The notes beneath the pieces were generated by a model that saw only the letters and a program-made list of their open reading frames with translations, had not been told where the DNA came from and searched no databases. A stretch of 27,930 bases of DNA. Origin: an uncultured Acidobacteriota bacterium (GTDB lineage Bacteria > Acidobacteriota > Vicinamibacteria > Vicinamibacterales > UBA8438). A program made the position numbers and the translations under genes. Numbering within the stretch: position 1 is the first letter of the stretch; each line of letters begins with the position of its first letter. The stretch covers positions 1-27,930 of the forward strand of contig CALBET010000175.1 of NCBI GenBank assembly GCA_937888665.1, written 5' to 3'. Shown piece by piece: positions 16,742 to 24,321 of the stretch.

Positions 16742-19461
16742 CGTACGGACTCGCTCGGCGCCGGATCGCCGGCCCAGGGCTCGGTCACGCGTCCGGGGCT
16801 TCCCGGAGTGTCGGGCGCTGTCGATGACGCATCCAACGCATGTCCCTCCACGACCAGGCTCAGCAGGTCGAGCGAGTGCACGTCGAGCGCGACGAAGGAC
16901 CCGCGCTTCAGCGTGGCGGCCGCGCGATACATCAGGTCAAGATGATGAGGCGCCACATGCTCCGGGTTCGAATAGAAGGCCAGCGACCGGACGCCGTAGA
17001 ACGGAGCGACATACGACAGGCCGCCGTAATTACCGACGTAGGCGCGGGCGCCACTGATGACTTTCGTCTGCACCTCCAGGTTGTTCCTGGGCTCCAACAA
17101 CTGGTCGATGCTGTGCACGCGTCGCGTCACATCCGGCTTCAGGTCCCAGTGATCATCCACAAGGAATCCGGGGTTGAGCAGCACGACGTCGGTGATTTCA
17201 GTGACCCGCGTCAGGAGACGGCGAACAAAGTCCATGTTCTCCACGGTCTCTGGGAACGGATTGTTGTAGTAGAAGCGGACGGCCACGTAGTCGTCGGGGA
17301 GCTTGGACGTCACGTCCGAGGCGTCGATCGCCGGCAACCGCTCGAAAGAGGAAAACGACTCGATGAGGTTGATGGACGCGCGGCTCTTCCAATAGGGGTA
17401 GAACAGTCGATACATGTACATCGGGTGGAACAGCTCCGCGTCCCGACGTTCAATGGCGAGTTTGACGAGCTTGACCACGTCGCGGTCGAACTCCGTCAGC
17501 GCCCGTTGTTTTACCTCGCCTTCCGCGAGCCGCTGGTCGTGGCGCTGCTTGATCTGCGACGGCGTGAAGAAGTCGAACACGTCGATGTACCGCGCGCCGA
17601 TACCCTCGTACCAGGCGGCGACGCCGCCGCGCGAGACGATGACCAGTCGCTCCGGGTCGAAGTGCCGATAGGTCTTCACCCAACGCAGGAACGGCACCCA
17701 GTACAAAATCTCGAACCCGACCTCACTCAGCCATGGACCGACGATCAGCGGGCGATCGCTCTTGTGCAACTTGTCGATGATGCGTGGAATCGCGACCATT
17801 TCCTCGGTCGGTTCATCCGTACTCATCCGCGGCACAACCCGCGGCACCACGTACTTCTTGACGAAGGTCTTGGCCGGCCGCCAGCGGAGGCACACATCGA
17901 GCCCGGAGAAGATGGGCTTCAGCATCATCCCGCTCAGCGTCAACGGTCGCAGCTGGCGCTGCCGCTTGCGCGACGTTCGAGTAAATTCCCGGACCACCTT
18001 CAGGCCGATCGCCACCGGATACAGCAACCATCTCAGCGGGTACAGCCACCCCGGAGTGCCGGCGGCTGACGGGCGCGGGAGACGTCCGAGCTCCTCGATA
18101 GCGTCCGCGATGAGCGGGGTCGCGGCCACGTCGAGGCCCTTCGGTCGCACGAACGCCTCGATGAACCCCCTGAGCTTCGCTTCCTCGTTGGACCGCTGGT
18201 CGAACACGTGCCCGAGTTGCGCGACATGTTCAGCGAAGTCGTGCGCGTTGTGCACGAGCCCACCGCCGGCCTCGAGCAAGTGCTTGAAGTGCAGGGTGCC
18301 TTCCTGTGTCCCGATATGCTCGTCGGTCTGGATCGTGAAGACCGGCCGCCCGACGATACCCGCCTCGATCTGCGCGCTGGTGTTCACCCCGACGGCCGCC
18401 ACGCTGTGAAACAACGAATCGTAGAAATCGTTCTTGGAGCCGGCGTCCACGGGGTTGTCGCCACCAGCCGGCCAGACCGAGACGTGATCGAACTCGGCGA
18501 AGTCGTGTTTGTGCCACGGCTGCAGGTTCTGCGGGTGCGGCCGCACCAGGATGGACGCGTTACGCACCCCCTCAGCATCTTTGCCTGGGGCCTCGCCCAG
18601 CGCGCGAACCCAGCGCTCCACGAACGCCGCCTCGTTCGGCGCGATGAAGCCAGACGAACAGAGATACACCACGAACGGGCGATCGGCGGGCAACCCGACC
18701 TTCGCGCAGAATTCCTCACGAGTGGTGCTCGGGGTCCGATCGAACCACTGGTCGTAGACCGGCGCCCCCGTCGCGAGGACGTGCTCTGGCGGCAGGCCGT
18801 GCATGGCGACCGCCTCCTGTCTCTGCAGCTCGTTCCACACATACACACGGTCGGGCTTGATCCGGATGAGGCCCTTGTTGGTGAGGTTGTCCCAGCTGTG
18901 CACGCACAGCCCGGTCCGGATCCCAAGGGCGCGGGCGCTCTTGAGATAGTCGGCCTGGTCTGACCCGAGGTCAACGAGCGGCGTGACCAGCACGACATCG
19001 GGGTTCTGTGACGCTATGAGCGTATTGACCCACGTGTCCGCCGGAATCGCCTGTTCGATCCAGAGCAGCAACCTGGACAGCCCACGGCGTCCGAGGCCGC
19101 TATTGATCAGTGGCAATTTACTGAAACCAACCAGCGACCGAGGCAACCGCAACTGCGCCCGCTCGCGAAGCTTGTCGGCGTCCCGGTACTCTGGACCGAG
19201 ATACCGCAGGAAATCGGCCCAGAAACGGACCCCTCGAGCGAGCCCGAGCCAGAAGCGATACGGGGTTTTCTTCGTGGCCAGTTCCGAATGCGTAATCGTC
19301 GCGTAGTCGTCCGTGAGGTCCCACAGAAGACGCCCGTCGCCCAGCTTGTCCTGCATGACAAACGTGAGATGCACGTGGTGCCCCCGGTCGGCGAGTTCCC
19401 GCACCGTGGACGCGAAGTTCCGGAGCGCGCCCGGGTGCCGCATCGAAAACAGAATCTTCAT
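16738..19461 (-). CDS. Two-module putative glycosyltransferase/polymerase: WDNL/HP GT-B-like module + 'GPWLSEVGFE' domain
   Basis: 907 aa. N-terminal half paralogous to 15167-16741 (SWDNLTNKG, ILVRPHPQN, GVNTSAQIEAGI); C-terminal third paralogous to the C-terminus of 11872-14082. Confidence 0.75.
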   Translation of the reverse strand: MKILFSMRHPGALRNFASTVRELADRGHHVHLTFVMQDKLGDGRLLWDLTDDYATITHSELATKKTPYRFWLGLARGVRFWADFLRYLGPEYRDADKLRERAQLRLPRSLVGFSKLPLINSGLGRRGLSRLLLWIEQAIPADTWVNTLIASQNPDVVLVTPLVDLGSDQADYLKSARALGIRTGLCVHSWDNLTNKGLIRIKPDRVYVWNELQRQEAVAMHGLPPEHVLATGAPVYDQWFDRTPSTTREEFCAKVGLPADRPFVVYLCSSGFIAPNEAAFVERWVRALGEAPGKDAEGVRNASILVRPHPQNLQPWHKHDFAEFDHVSVWPAGGDNPVDAGSKNDFYDSLFHSVAAVGVNTSAQIEAGIVGRPVFTIQTDEHIGTQEGTLHFKHLLEAGGGLVHNAHDFAEHVAQLGHVFDQRSNEEAKLRGFIEAFVRPKGLDVAATPLIADAIEELGRLPRPSAAGTPGWLYPLRWLLYPVAIGLKVVREFTRTSRKRQRQLRPLTLSGMMLKPIFSGLDVCLRWRPAKTFVKKYVVPRVVPRMSTDEPTEEMVAIPRIIDKLHKSDRPLIVGPWLSEVGFEILYWVPFLRWVKTYRHFDPERLVIVSRGGVAAWYEGIGARYIDVFDFFTPSQIKQRHDQRLAEGEVKQRALTEFDRDVVKLVKLAIERRDAELFHPMYMYRLFYPYWKSRASINLIESFSSFERLPAIDASDVTSKLPDDYVAVRFYYNNPFPETVENMDFVRRLLTRVTEITDVVLLNPGFLVDDHWDLKPDVTRRVHSIDQLLEPRNNLEVQTKVISGARAYVGNYGGLSYVAPFYGVRSLAFYSNPEHVAPHHLDLMYRAAATLKRGSFVALDVHSLDLLSLVVEGHALDASSTAPDTPGSPGRVTEPWAGDPAPSESVR

Positions 19462-19604
19462 GACAGCATCCGGTCGACCCAGGCACCCAGCAGGTGCGCC
19501 GGATCGACATCGATTGTTCTCGTCAATTCCGCGGGCACGCCCAGCATGACGCCGGCTACAGCGTGCGAGACCGCCAGAGAGAGGTACTGCAGGTCACCCT
19601 TCTG
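19458..19604 (-). pseudogene. 3' remnant of a deleted gene (possibly wzt)
   Basis: Open frame QKGDLQYLSLAVSHAVAGVMLGVPAELTRTIDVDPAHLLGAWVDRMLS*. About 78% GC at third positions (38/49 codons, counted by hand); its TGA overlaps the next gene's ATG (ATGA); the 5' side is bounded by a MITE end. Confidence 0.55.
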
Positions 19605-19633
19605 GAATGCAGCGGGACTTTCACCACGGGCTG
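19605..19633. mobile_element. Solo terminal inverted repeat of the element B family
   Basis: GAATGCAGCGGGACTTTCACCACGGGCTG matches 8627-8655 at 27/29; no partner end found nearby. Confidence 0.75.
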
Positions 19634-19667
19634 TCAAGCCACGTCGATCCGGTGTCGACCGCGGACA

Positions 19668-20474
19668 CTACGGCAGGCTCTCCACCGCCAGCGGCATGGC
19701 GCGGCGCAGGAACCGCAGCGCCAACCAGAACAGCGCGCCGAACACCAGCGCGCAGATCAGAAACACCAGCTCGTCACCTGTCGTGCCTCGCACGAGCCAC
19801 TGACGTGGGATGTTGATCAGATAGGTCAGCGGGTTCCAACGGTTGACGACGGCCAGGACCCCCGCCTTCGGTGACGCGTAGAGAATCGGCGCGGTCCAGA
19901 GCAAGAATGGCGACAACAGCGGCAGCCCGAAACGGAAGTCGAGATACACGAACGTCAGGGGCACGAAGAAGGCACCGATGGCCAGCCCGCCGAGGACGAT
20001 AACCGGAAAGGCCAGCAACGCCAGCCACAGTGTGGCCGGTGGCGCGGTCCTGGTCAGGGCCGAGGCCAGAACAAAGATCGCGGCGTAGAACGAGGCGTTG
20101 AACAGCACCAGTCCGGCCCCGGCCGCCACCACCGCTTCAGGTCGAAGCGGCGCCTCCTTGAAGGTACGCCGAAGCCGGCGGGCGAGCCACTGCGGGGAAA
20201 TGACCGAGTCCCAAAACATCTGCCACAACAGGAACCCGGCCAGCGCGAAGAGTGCGTATTCGGTCGCGTCCATCTCGCCCCCGAGACCAAAGGCATTGCC
20301 AACCAGGATCAACGGCAGCATGCTCGCTACGGGGCGAGCGACCGCCCAGATGTACCCCAGATAGGCTTGCCGGTAGCGAAACCGGAAGTCGCGGAGCACG
20401 AGCAGCCGGGCCTGCTGGACGAGCTGGGCGAAGCTTCGGCCTCGGCCCGAGCGGCGGTACGTGCCCCCCCTCAC
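19668..20474 (-). CDS. wzm: ABC-2 polysaccharide exporter permease (Wzm/KpsM-like)
   Basis: RDFRFRYRQAYLGYIWAVARP, several hydrophobic TM segments, YLDFRFGLP, APILY, RWNPLTYLI. The GTG start at 20474 overlaps the upstream TGA. Confidence 0.88.
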   Translation of the reverse strand: MRGGTYRRSGRGRSFAQLVQQARLLVLRDFRFRYRQAYLGYIWAVARPVASMLPLILVGNAFGLGGEMDATEYALFALAGFLLWQMFWDSVISPQWLARRLRRTFKEAPLRPEAVVAAGAGLVLFNASFYAAIFVLASALTRTAPPATLWLALLAFPVIVLGGLAIGAFFVPLTFVYLDFRFGLPLLSPFLLWTAPILYASPKAGVLAVVNRWNPLTYLINIPRQWLVRGTTGDELVFLICALVFGALFWLALRFLRRAMPLAVESLP

Positions 20475-21973
20475 GACGGGGCTCCGGCGGGCGGCGTCGC
20501 CGCGAGCGTGTCGAGCACCCACTGCCCGAGCCGTGCGCCGGCCTGGCCATCGGTAAACGCGCAGCACCGCCGCGCGAGCGCACGACGTCCCACACCATCC
20601 CTCGCCGGGTCGGCCAGATAGCGCGCCACAGCACGCACGAGATCGATGGCGCTCACGGCTACATGCGCCGCACCGGTCTCCACCACCGGCTGATAGTGTT
20701 CAAACTGGTAATACCGGGTGATGGAGAGTGGCAGCGGCAAGTCGGGCGTCTCGTCGAAACCGATATTTACAACCGGCGTGTCAAAGAGCGCCGCCTCTAC
20801 GGTCGTCGTGGAGGCAAAGTTCACGATCACGTCGCTGTGGGCTAGCGTCGCGGCCAGCCGACGTCGATCCTCGGTCCCTGGGGTGAACGAATCGAGCTCC
20901 GGCGACCCGTGGCTCCACTCAAGTTGCTGGAACGGCTTCTCGACGAAGACGTGTCGACCGTCGTGGAACCTCGAGTACAGGTCCACGTGGTCGCGCGGAT
21001 GCACGCGCACCAGGAGCTGGGCCTCGTTGCCAAATGCCCCCTCGTCGATCGCTCGCACGAGAATCTCGACCACCCGATCGGTGGTCGGATACACCAGCGC
21101 GGGGGCGGTGGCCAGTGTGACCAGTGGGCGAGCAGGGTCGGCGCCGACCGATGCACACAGCTCGGCTCTGGTCGGAATGGGCTCGCCACCGAAATAGGCG
21201 TCGAAGGGCAGCGCTCCGGTCACCCGGACGTGGTCAGCCCGGAAGCCGTGGTAGCGAACCGCTTCATCACGCATCGTCTCGTTCCAGACGGCCAGTTGGT
21301 CGACCGGCAGGACAGTGTGATATTTCGACGACAGATTGTCCCACCCGAGGTCGACACCCATCTGCGGCACGCCGAAGCGCTTGGCCGCATAAATCAGCGG
21401 TACCTCGATCGGGAGAAAGCCGGCGGTTGCGGTCACGAGCAGATCAGGCCGATGGGTCTGGAACAGCGTCCGATAGCCGGACACGTCGGTGATCCGCTGT
21501 GCCACCCGAAACCAGCCGCGTCGGGACACCGGCAGCCGACACACCGCCGCCTTGAGCGCGATGAGGGCGCCACGCCCCCGCCATTTCTCCATCAACCGCG
21601 CGCGGTCACGCTGGATCCGGACCGCCCGCAAGCGGGACTCAAGGAGAAACCGTTCGCTCAGAATCGAATCGACCACCCGTGCGCCGAGGCTGGGTGGCGG
21701 CGCGAACATCGGGACACAACGCACATCCTGTCGCTCAAGCTCCGACACCAGCTGGGGATCCGAAGCGAACGGAGACAACACCACGATCCGAGGTCGCGGT
21801 TGCGCGTCGAGCAACGCTCGCAGAAACGACCCGCGCGTGAGGTCCGCCACGTGGTGGCCGGCCGGCACGGAGAGGAACATCGTCCGCCACGGCGCCGCGT
21901 CCAAACTGACCGGCGGCGACGGGTGACCTAGGGCGGGAGCGGCGCGGACGACCAAGGTGGGCGCCGCGCTCAC
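20471..21973 (-). CDS. GT-B-like protein ('WDNL/HP' type), paralog 3 (more divergent)
   Basis: GWDNLSSK, VWNETM, TGALPFDAYF, LLVRVHP, NFASTTTVEAALFDTPVVN. The GTG at 21973 overlaps the upstream TGA. Confidence 0.65.
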   Translation of the reverse strand: MSAAPTLVVRAAPALGHPSPPVSLDAAPWRTMFLSVPAGHHVADLTRGSFLRALLDAQPRPRIVVLSPFASDPQLVSELERQDVRCVPMFAPPPSLGARVVDSILSERFLLESRLRAVRIQRDRARLMEKWRGRGALIALKAAVCRLPVSRRGWFRVAQRITDVSGYRTLFQTHRPDLLVTATAGFLPIEVPLIYAAKRFGVPQMGVDLGWDNLSSKYHTVLPVDQLAVWNETMRDEAVRYHGFRADHVRVTGALPFDAYFGGEPIPTRAELCASVGADPARPLVTLATAPALVYPTTDRVVEILVRAIDEGAFGNEAQLLVRVHPRDHVDLYSRFHDGRHVFVEKPFQQLEWSHGSPELDSFTPGTEDRRRLAATLAHSDVIVNFASTTTVEAALFDTPVVNIGFDETPDLPLPLSITRYYQFEHYQPVVETGAAHVAVSAIDLVRAVARYLADPARDGVGRRALARRCCAFTDGQAGARLGQWVLDTLAATPPAGAPS

Positions 21974-22473
21974 GCTGGCGAGCCCTCGTGCGCCTCCACC
22001 AGCAAGTCGCACACCTCACGCACCGCGCCCAGCCCGCCTGACCGCTCAGTTACGTAGCGCGCCACGACCAGGGCGGCCGGATACGCGTCAGCCACGCAGA
22101 TGGAGACCCCCACATTGCGCAGACAGTCCACGTCGTTGATGTCGTTGCCGACGTAGGCGACCTGGTCAGTTGCGAGGTCGCGGTCCGCGAGAATCTGGCG
22201 GAGCGCAGCCCACTTGGTGTCGCCCAGCCCCTGGACACACTCGATGCCCAGCTTCGCGGCCCTGGCCGAAACCACCGGATTCGTCTCCGTGGACAGCACG
22301 AGCGAGCCGAGGCCTAGACGACGCAACGCCTGGAGGCCCAGTCCGTCAGCACGCGAGCAGAACACCGCCTCTTTGCCGTCTTGATCGACCAGCACGCGGT
22401 TATCGGTGAAGACCCCGTCGAAGTCGAACACCACGAACGTGACGGGCCTGAGATGTTCAGCGGTGAGTCGCAT
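21970..22473 (-). CDS. KdsC/YrbI-family HAD phosphatase, probably nonulosonate-9-phosphate (Kdn9P-type) phosphatase
   Basis: FDFDGVFTD, ADGLG, STETNPVVSARAAKLGI (Glu and Lys 11 residues apart), YVGNDINDV, GGLGAVREVCD. Confidence 0.88.
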   Translation of the reverse strand: MRLTAEHLRPVTFVVFDFDGVFTDNRVLVDQDGKEAVFCSRADGLGLQALRRLGLGSLVLSTETNPVVSARAAKLGIECVQGLGDTKWAALRQILADRDLATDQVAYVGNDINDVDCLRNVGVSICVADAYPAALVVARYVTERSGGLGAVREVCDLLVEAHEGSPA

Positions 22474-22929
22474 GAGTGGAAACAGGTTTTTGATACAACT
22501 CCGCCCTCTCAGTCACGACCGGAATACACCAGTCCGTCGGACTGCGCGAGCGTCTCTGCGCGTGTGTTCGTGCGCCGGACCCACGGACGCCAGAGCGAGC
22601 CGTCAGTCACCGGCCTTCGATCAATCGGCCCCGAACGGCGAACCGGACCTCACCCCCGCAATCCACCGCTCGCTTGACTCCACGGCGCGCTCTGCCCGGT
22701 TCCGGTAACTACTCACCGGGACTAGTAACACATCTTTGCAGGGATGCCTGTGGGCAAGCGAAAAATGAGGCAATAATGCGGGGCTGACAACGGCCAAGTT
22801 TCGCGAATTGTACAACATGCGAGGATCCCAATCAACAGACTGGGCGGTGTTGAAGTCGCAGCTTCAGGCTTATGACCTAAAATCATCCAGAAGCGGTTTC
22901 GGCGCACCTGGAGGAGCCGAAACGCGGCC

Positions 22930-23130
22930 TCCGGCGTGCAGGCCGGAATAGACGGCTCGAGGTGGTTTCGCAGGAAACAGGCATTGACGCCGGTCGGCGC
23001 GGTGGTCACCAGCCGATCCCCTTCGACTTCGACTGGCGGGCGGTTGCACCGCTGGTCGACCTGCATCGCATCGTGCGGTCGGGGATGGCAACACCGACCG
23101 CGCGTAGGAACGTGGTCGAGGCCCAGTCGC
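22930..23130 (-). pseudogene. Possible degraded DnaA N-terminal-domain-like fragment
   Basis: PPVEVEGDRLVTTAPTGVNACFLRNHLEPSI resembles the DnaA domain I pattern; a W...IPDRT segment lies upstream in another frame. By-eye resemblance only. Confidence 0.3.
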
Positions 23131-23147
23131 CGGCGGTGTGGCCCGCC

Positions 23148-23161
23148 CTAGCAGCCCGTGG
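23148..23161. repeat. Remnant end of the element B family
   Basis: CTAGCAGCCCGTGG is the exact reverse complement of 8646-8659 (14/14). Confidence 0.55.
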
Positions 23162-23207
23162 TAGACCCCCGTGTCACCGAGACGGGTGATTTGCCCGGCT
23201 GCGAGGC

Positions 23208-24200
23208 TCAGCGTGCCGCCGACCGGTCCTCGGCGTGCAGGTCGTATTCTGACTGGGGGACGAGCGCATCAAGCGGGTCGCCATGAAGAAACGCGACCAC
23301 GTTCTGAGCCGCGCCCTGCTCCATACGCTGGCGACAGTCCGCCGCCATCGACCCTATGTGCGGGGTGATCAGGCAGGTCTCGATGCCGACGAGCTCCCCG
23401 TCATACGGCTCGTGAGTGAACGTGTCGACGCCGGCACCCCCGAGGCGTCCATCCCGCAAGGCCGCCGCCAGTGCCCCCTCATCGACGACACCGCCACGGC
23501 AGGTATTGATCAGCAACGCGCCGGGTCGCATCGTGGCCAGCTCTGCGGCACCGACCAAACGCCGAGTGCGACGAGTTAGCGGCACATGTAACGTGACGAG
23601 ATCCGACTCACGGAGCAGAGTGGCGAGATCGACCCATTCGACGTGGCCGTGCGGAGCATCCAGCGACACCGGCCTCACGTCGTTGGCCAGAACCCGGCAC
23701 CCGAAGACCGACAGCAGCGTGATCACGCGACGACCGATCCGCCCCACTCCCACCACTCCAACCGTGACGCGAGCCAGACGCCGGCCCTGCAGTCGCTGCC
23801 ACACGCCTGCCCGGACCGCCTGGTTGGCCAGATGCACGCCGCGCAGGAGCGAAAGCGCCATCCCAATCGTCAGTTCGGCCACGGCGTCGGCCGGCGCTTC
23901 CGGTGTATAGGCGACCGGAATTCCTCGCCGGCGGGCGGCGGCAAGATCGACGCTGTCGAGACCGACACCCACCCGGGAAATCAGCCGCAACCGGTCCGCT
24001 GCCTCGATGGCCCTCTCGGTGATCGGTTCCGTCCCGGCAATCAGCAGGTCGTAGCCTGGAATGAGGGAGACCAGTTCCTCAGCCGTCAGCTTCCGGCCGA
24101 GCGGGTTGAGATCGAATGGCACGCCGGCCGCGCGGAGAAGATCCAGCGACGACCGGTCCACTTCGCCGAACGGCACGGCCGTGATCAACGCTCGTGACAT
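23208..24200 (-). CDS. D-isomer-specific 2-hydroxyacid dehydrogenase (SerA-catalytic-domain-like, no ACT domain)
   Basis: SRVGVGLDSVD, AVAELT, VGVGRIG, HVPLT, INTCRGGVVDE, DTFTHEP, TPHIG. Start moved to the ATG at 24200 (MSRALIT). Confidence 0.9.
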   Translation of the reverse strand: MSRALITAVPFGEVDRSSLDLLRAAGVPFDLNPLGRKLTAEELVSLIPGYDLLIAGTEPITERAIEAADRLRLISRVGVGLDSVDLAAARRRGIPVAYTPEAPADAVAELTIGMALSLLRGVHLANQAVRAGVWQRLQGRRLARVTVGVVGVGRIGRRVITLLSVFGCRVLANDVRPVSLDAPHGHVEWVDLATLLRESDLVTLHVPLTRRTRRLVGAAELATMRPGALLINTCRGGVVDEGALAAALRDGRLGGAGVDTFTHEPYDGELVGIETCLITPHIGSMAADCRQRMEQGAAQNVVAFLHGDPLDALVPQSEYDLHAEDRSAAR

Positions 24201-24321
24201 GGGGGAACGGCCTGTTCCGACCGTGGTCGGAGCCTGCGGTAGGGGTGGTCCTGTCCCCAACGCAACAGAGAGCGACGCTTCGGACCCGAGCTTCCGATGG
24301 CCATACGTGTGACCGGGGTCC

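Noticed and set aside
19575-19612. AAFQK / AVSH as proof that the remnant is the Wzt ATPase
   Set aside because: AAF is contributed by the MITE end, and the spacing to VSH looks about half the Wzt spacing I recall. The remnant's identity stays open.
13228-21931. Other long plus-strand ORFs (13228-14178, 16840-18069, 20909-21931 and similar)
   Set aside because: They lie antisense to well-supported genes and give Arg/Pro/Gly-rich translations without motifs.
21970-22473. Kdo/lipid A pathway (kdsC proper)
   Set aside because: No kdsA, kdsB or kdsD in the window; the Glu/Lys marker and the NeuB/NeuA context favour a C9 substrate.
22496-22505. ops/JUMPStart-like GGCGGAGTTG upstream of the phosphatase gene
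   Set aside because: It lacks the T of the GGCGGTAG consensus, no nusG/rfaH paralog is in the window, and chance matches are likely at this GC content.
5579-24260. Extended N-termini in the ORF track (neuA, SDR, neuB, 9766-, 10713-, 11872-, 14082-, 19668-, 20471- and 23208-ORFs)
   Set aside because: The extensions run through repeats or upstream genes. Downstream starts with an SD, a stop/start overlap or a family-typical N-terminus fit better.
24302-24314. CATACGTGTGACC as a fifth, collapsed copy of the MITE core
   Set aside because: Too short, and it lacks the upstream GAGGGAG segment and flanking inverted repeats.
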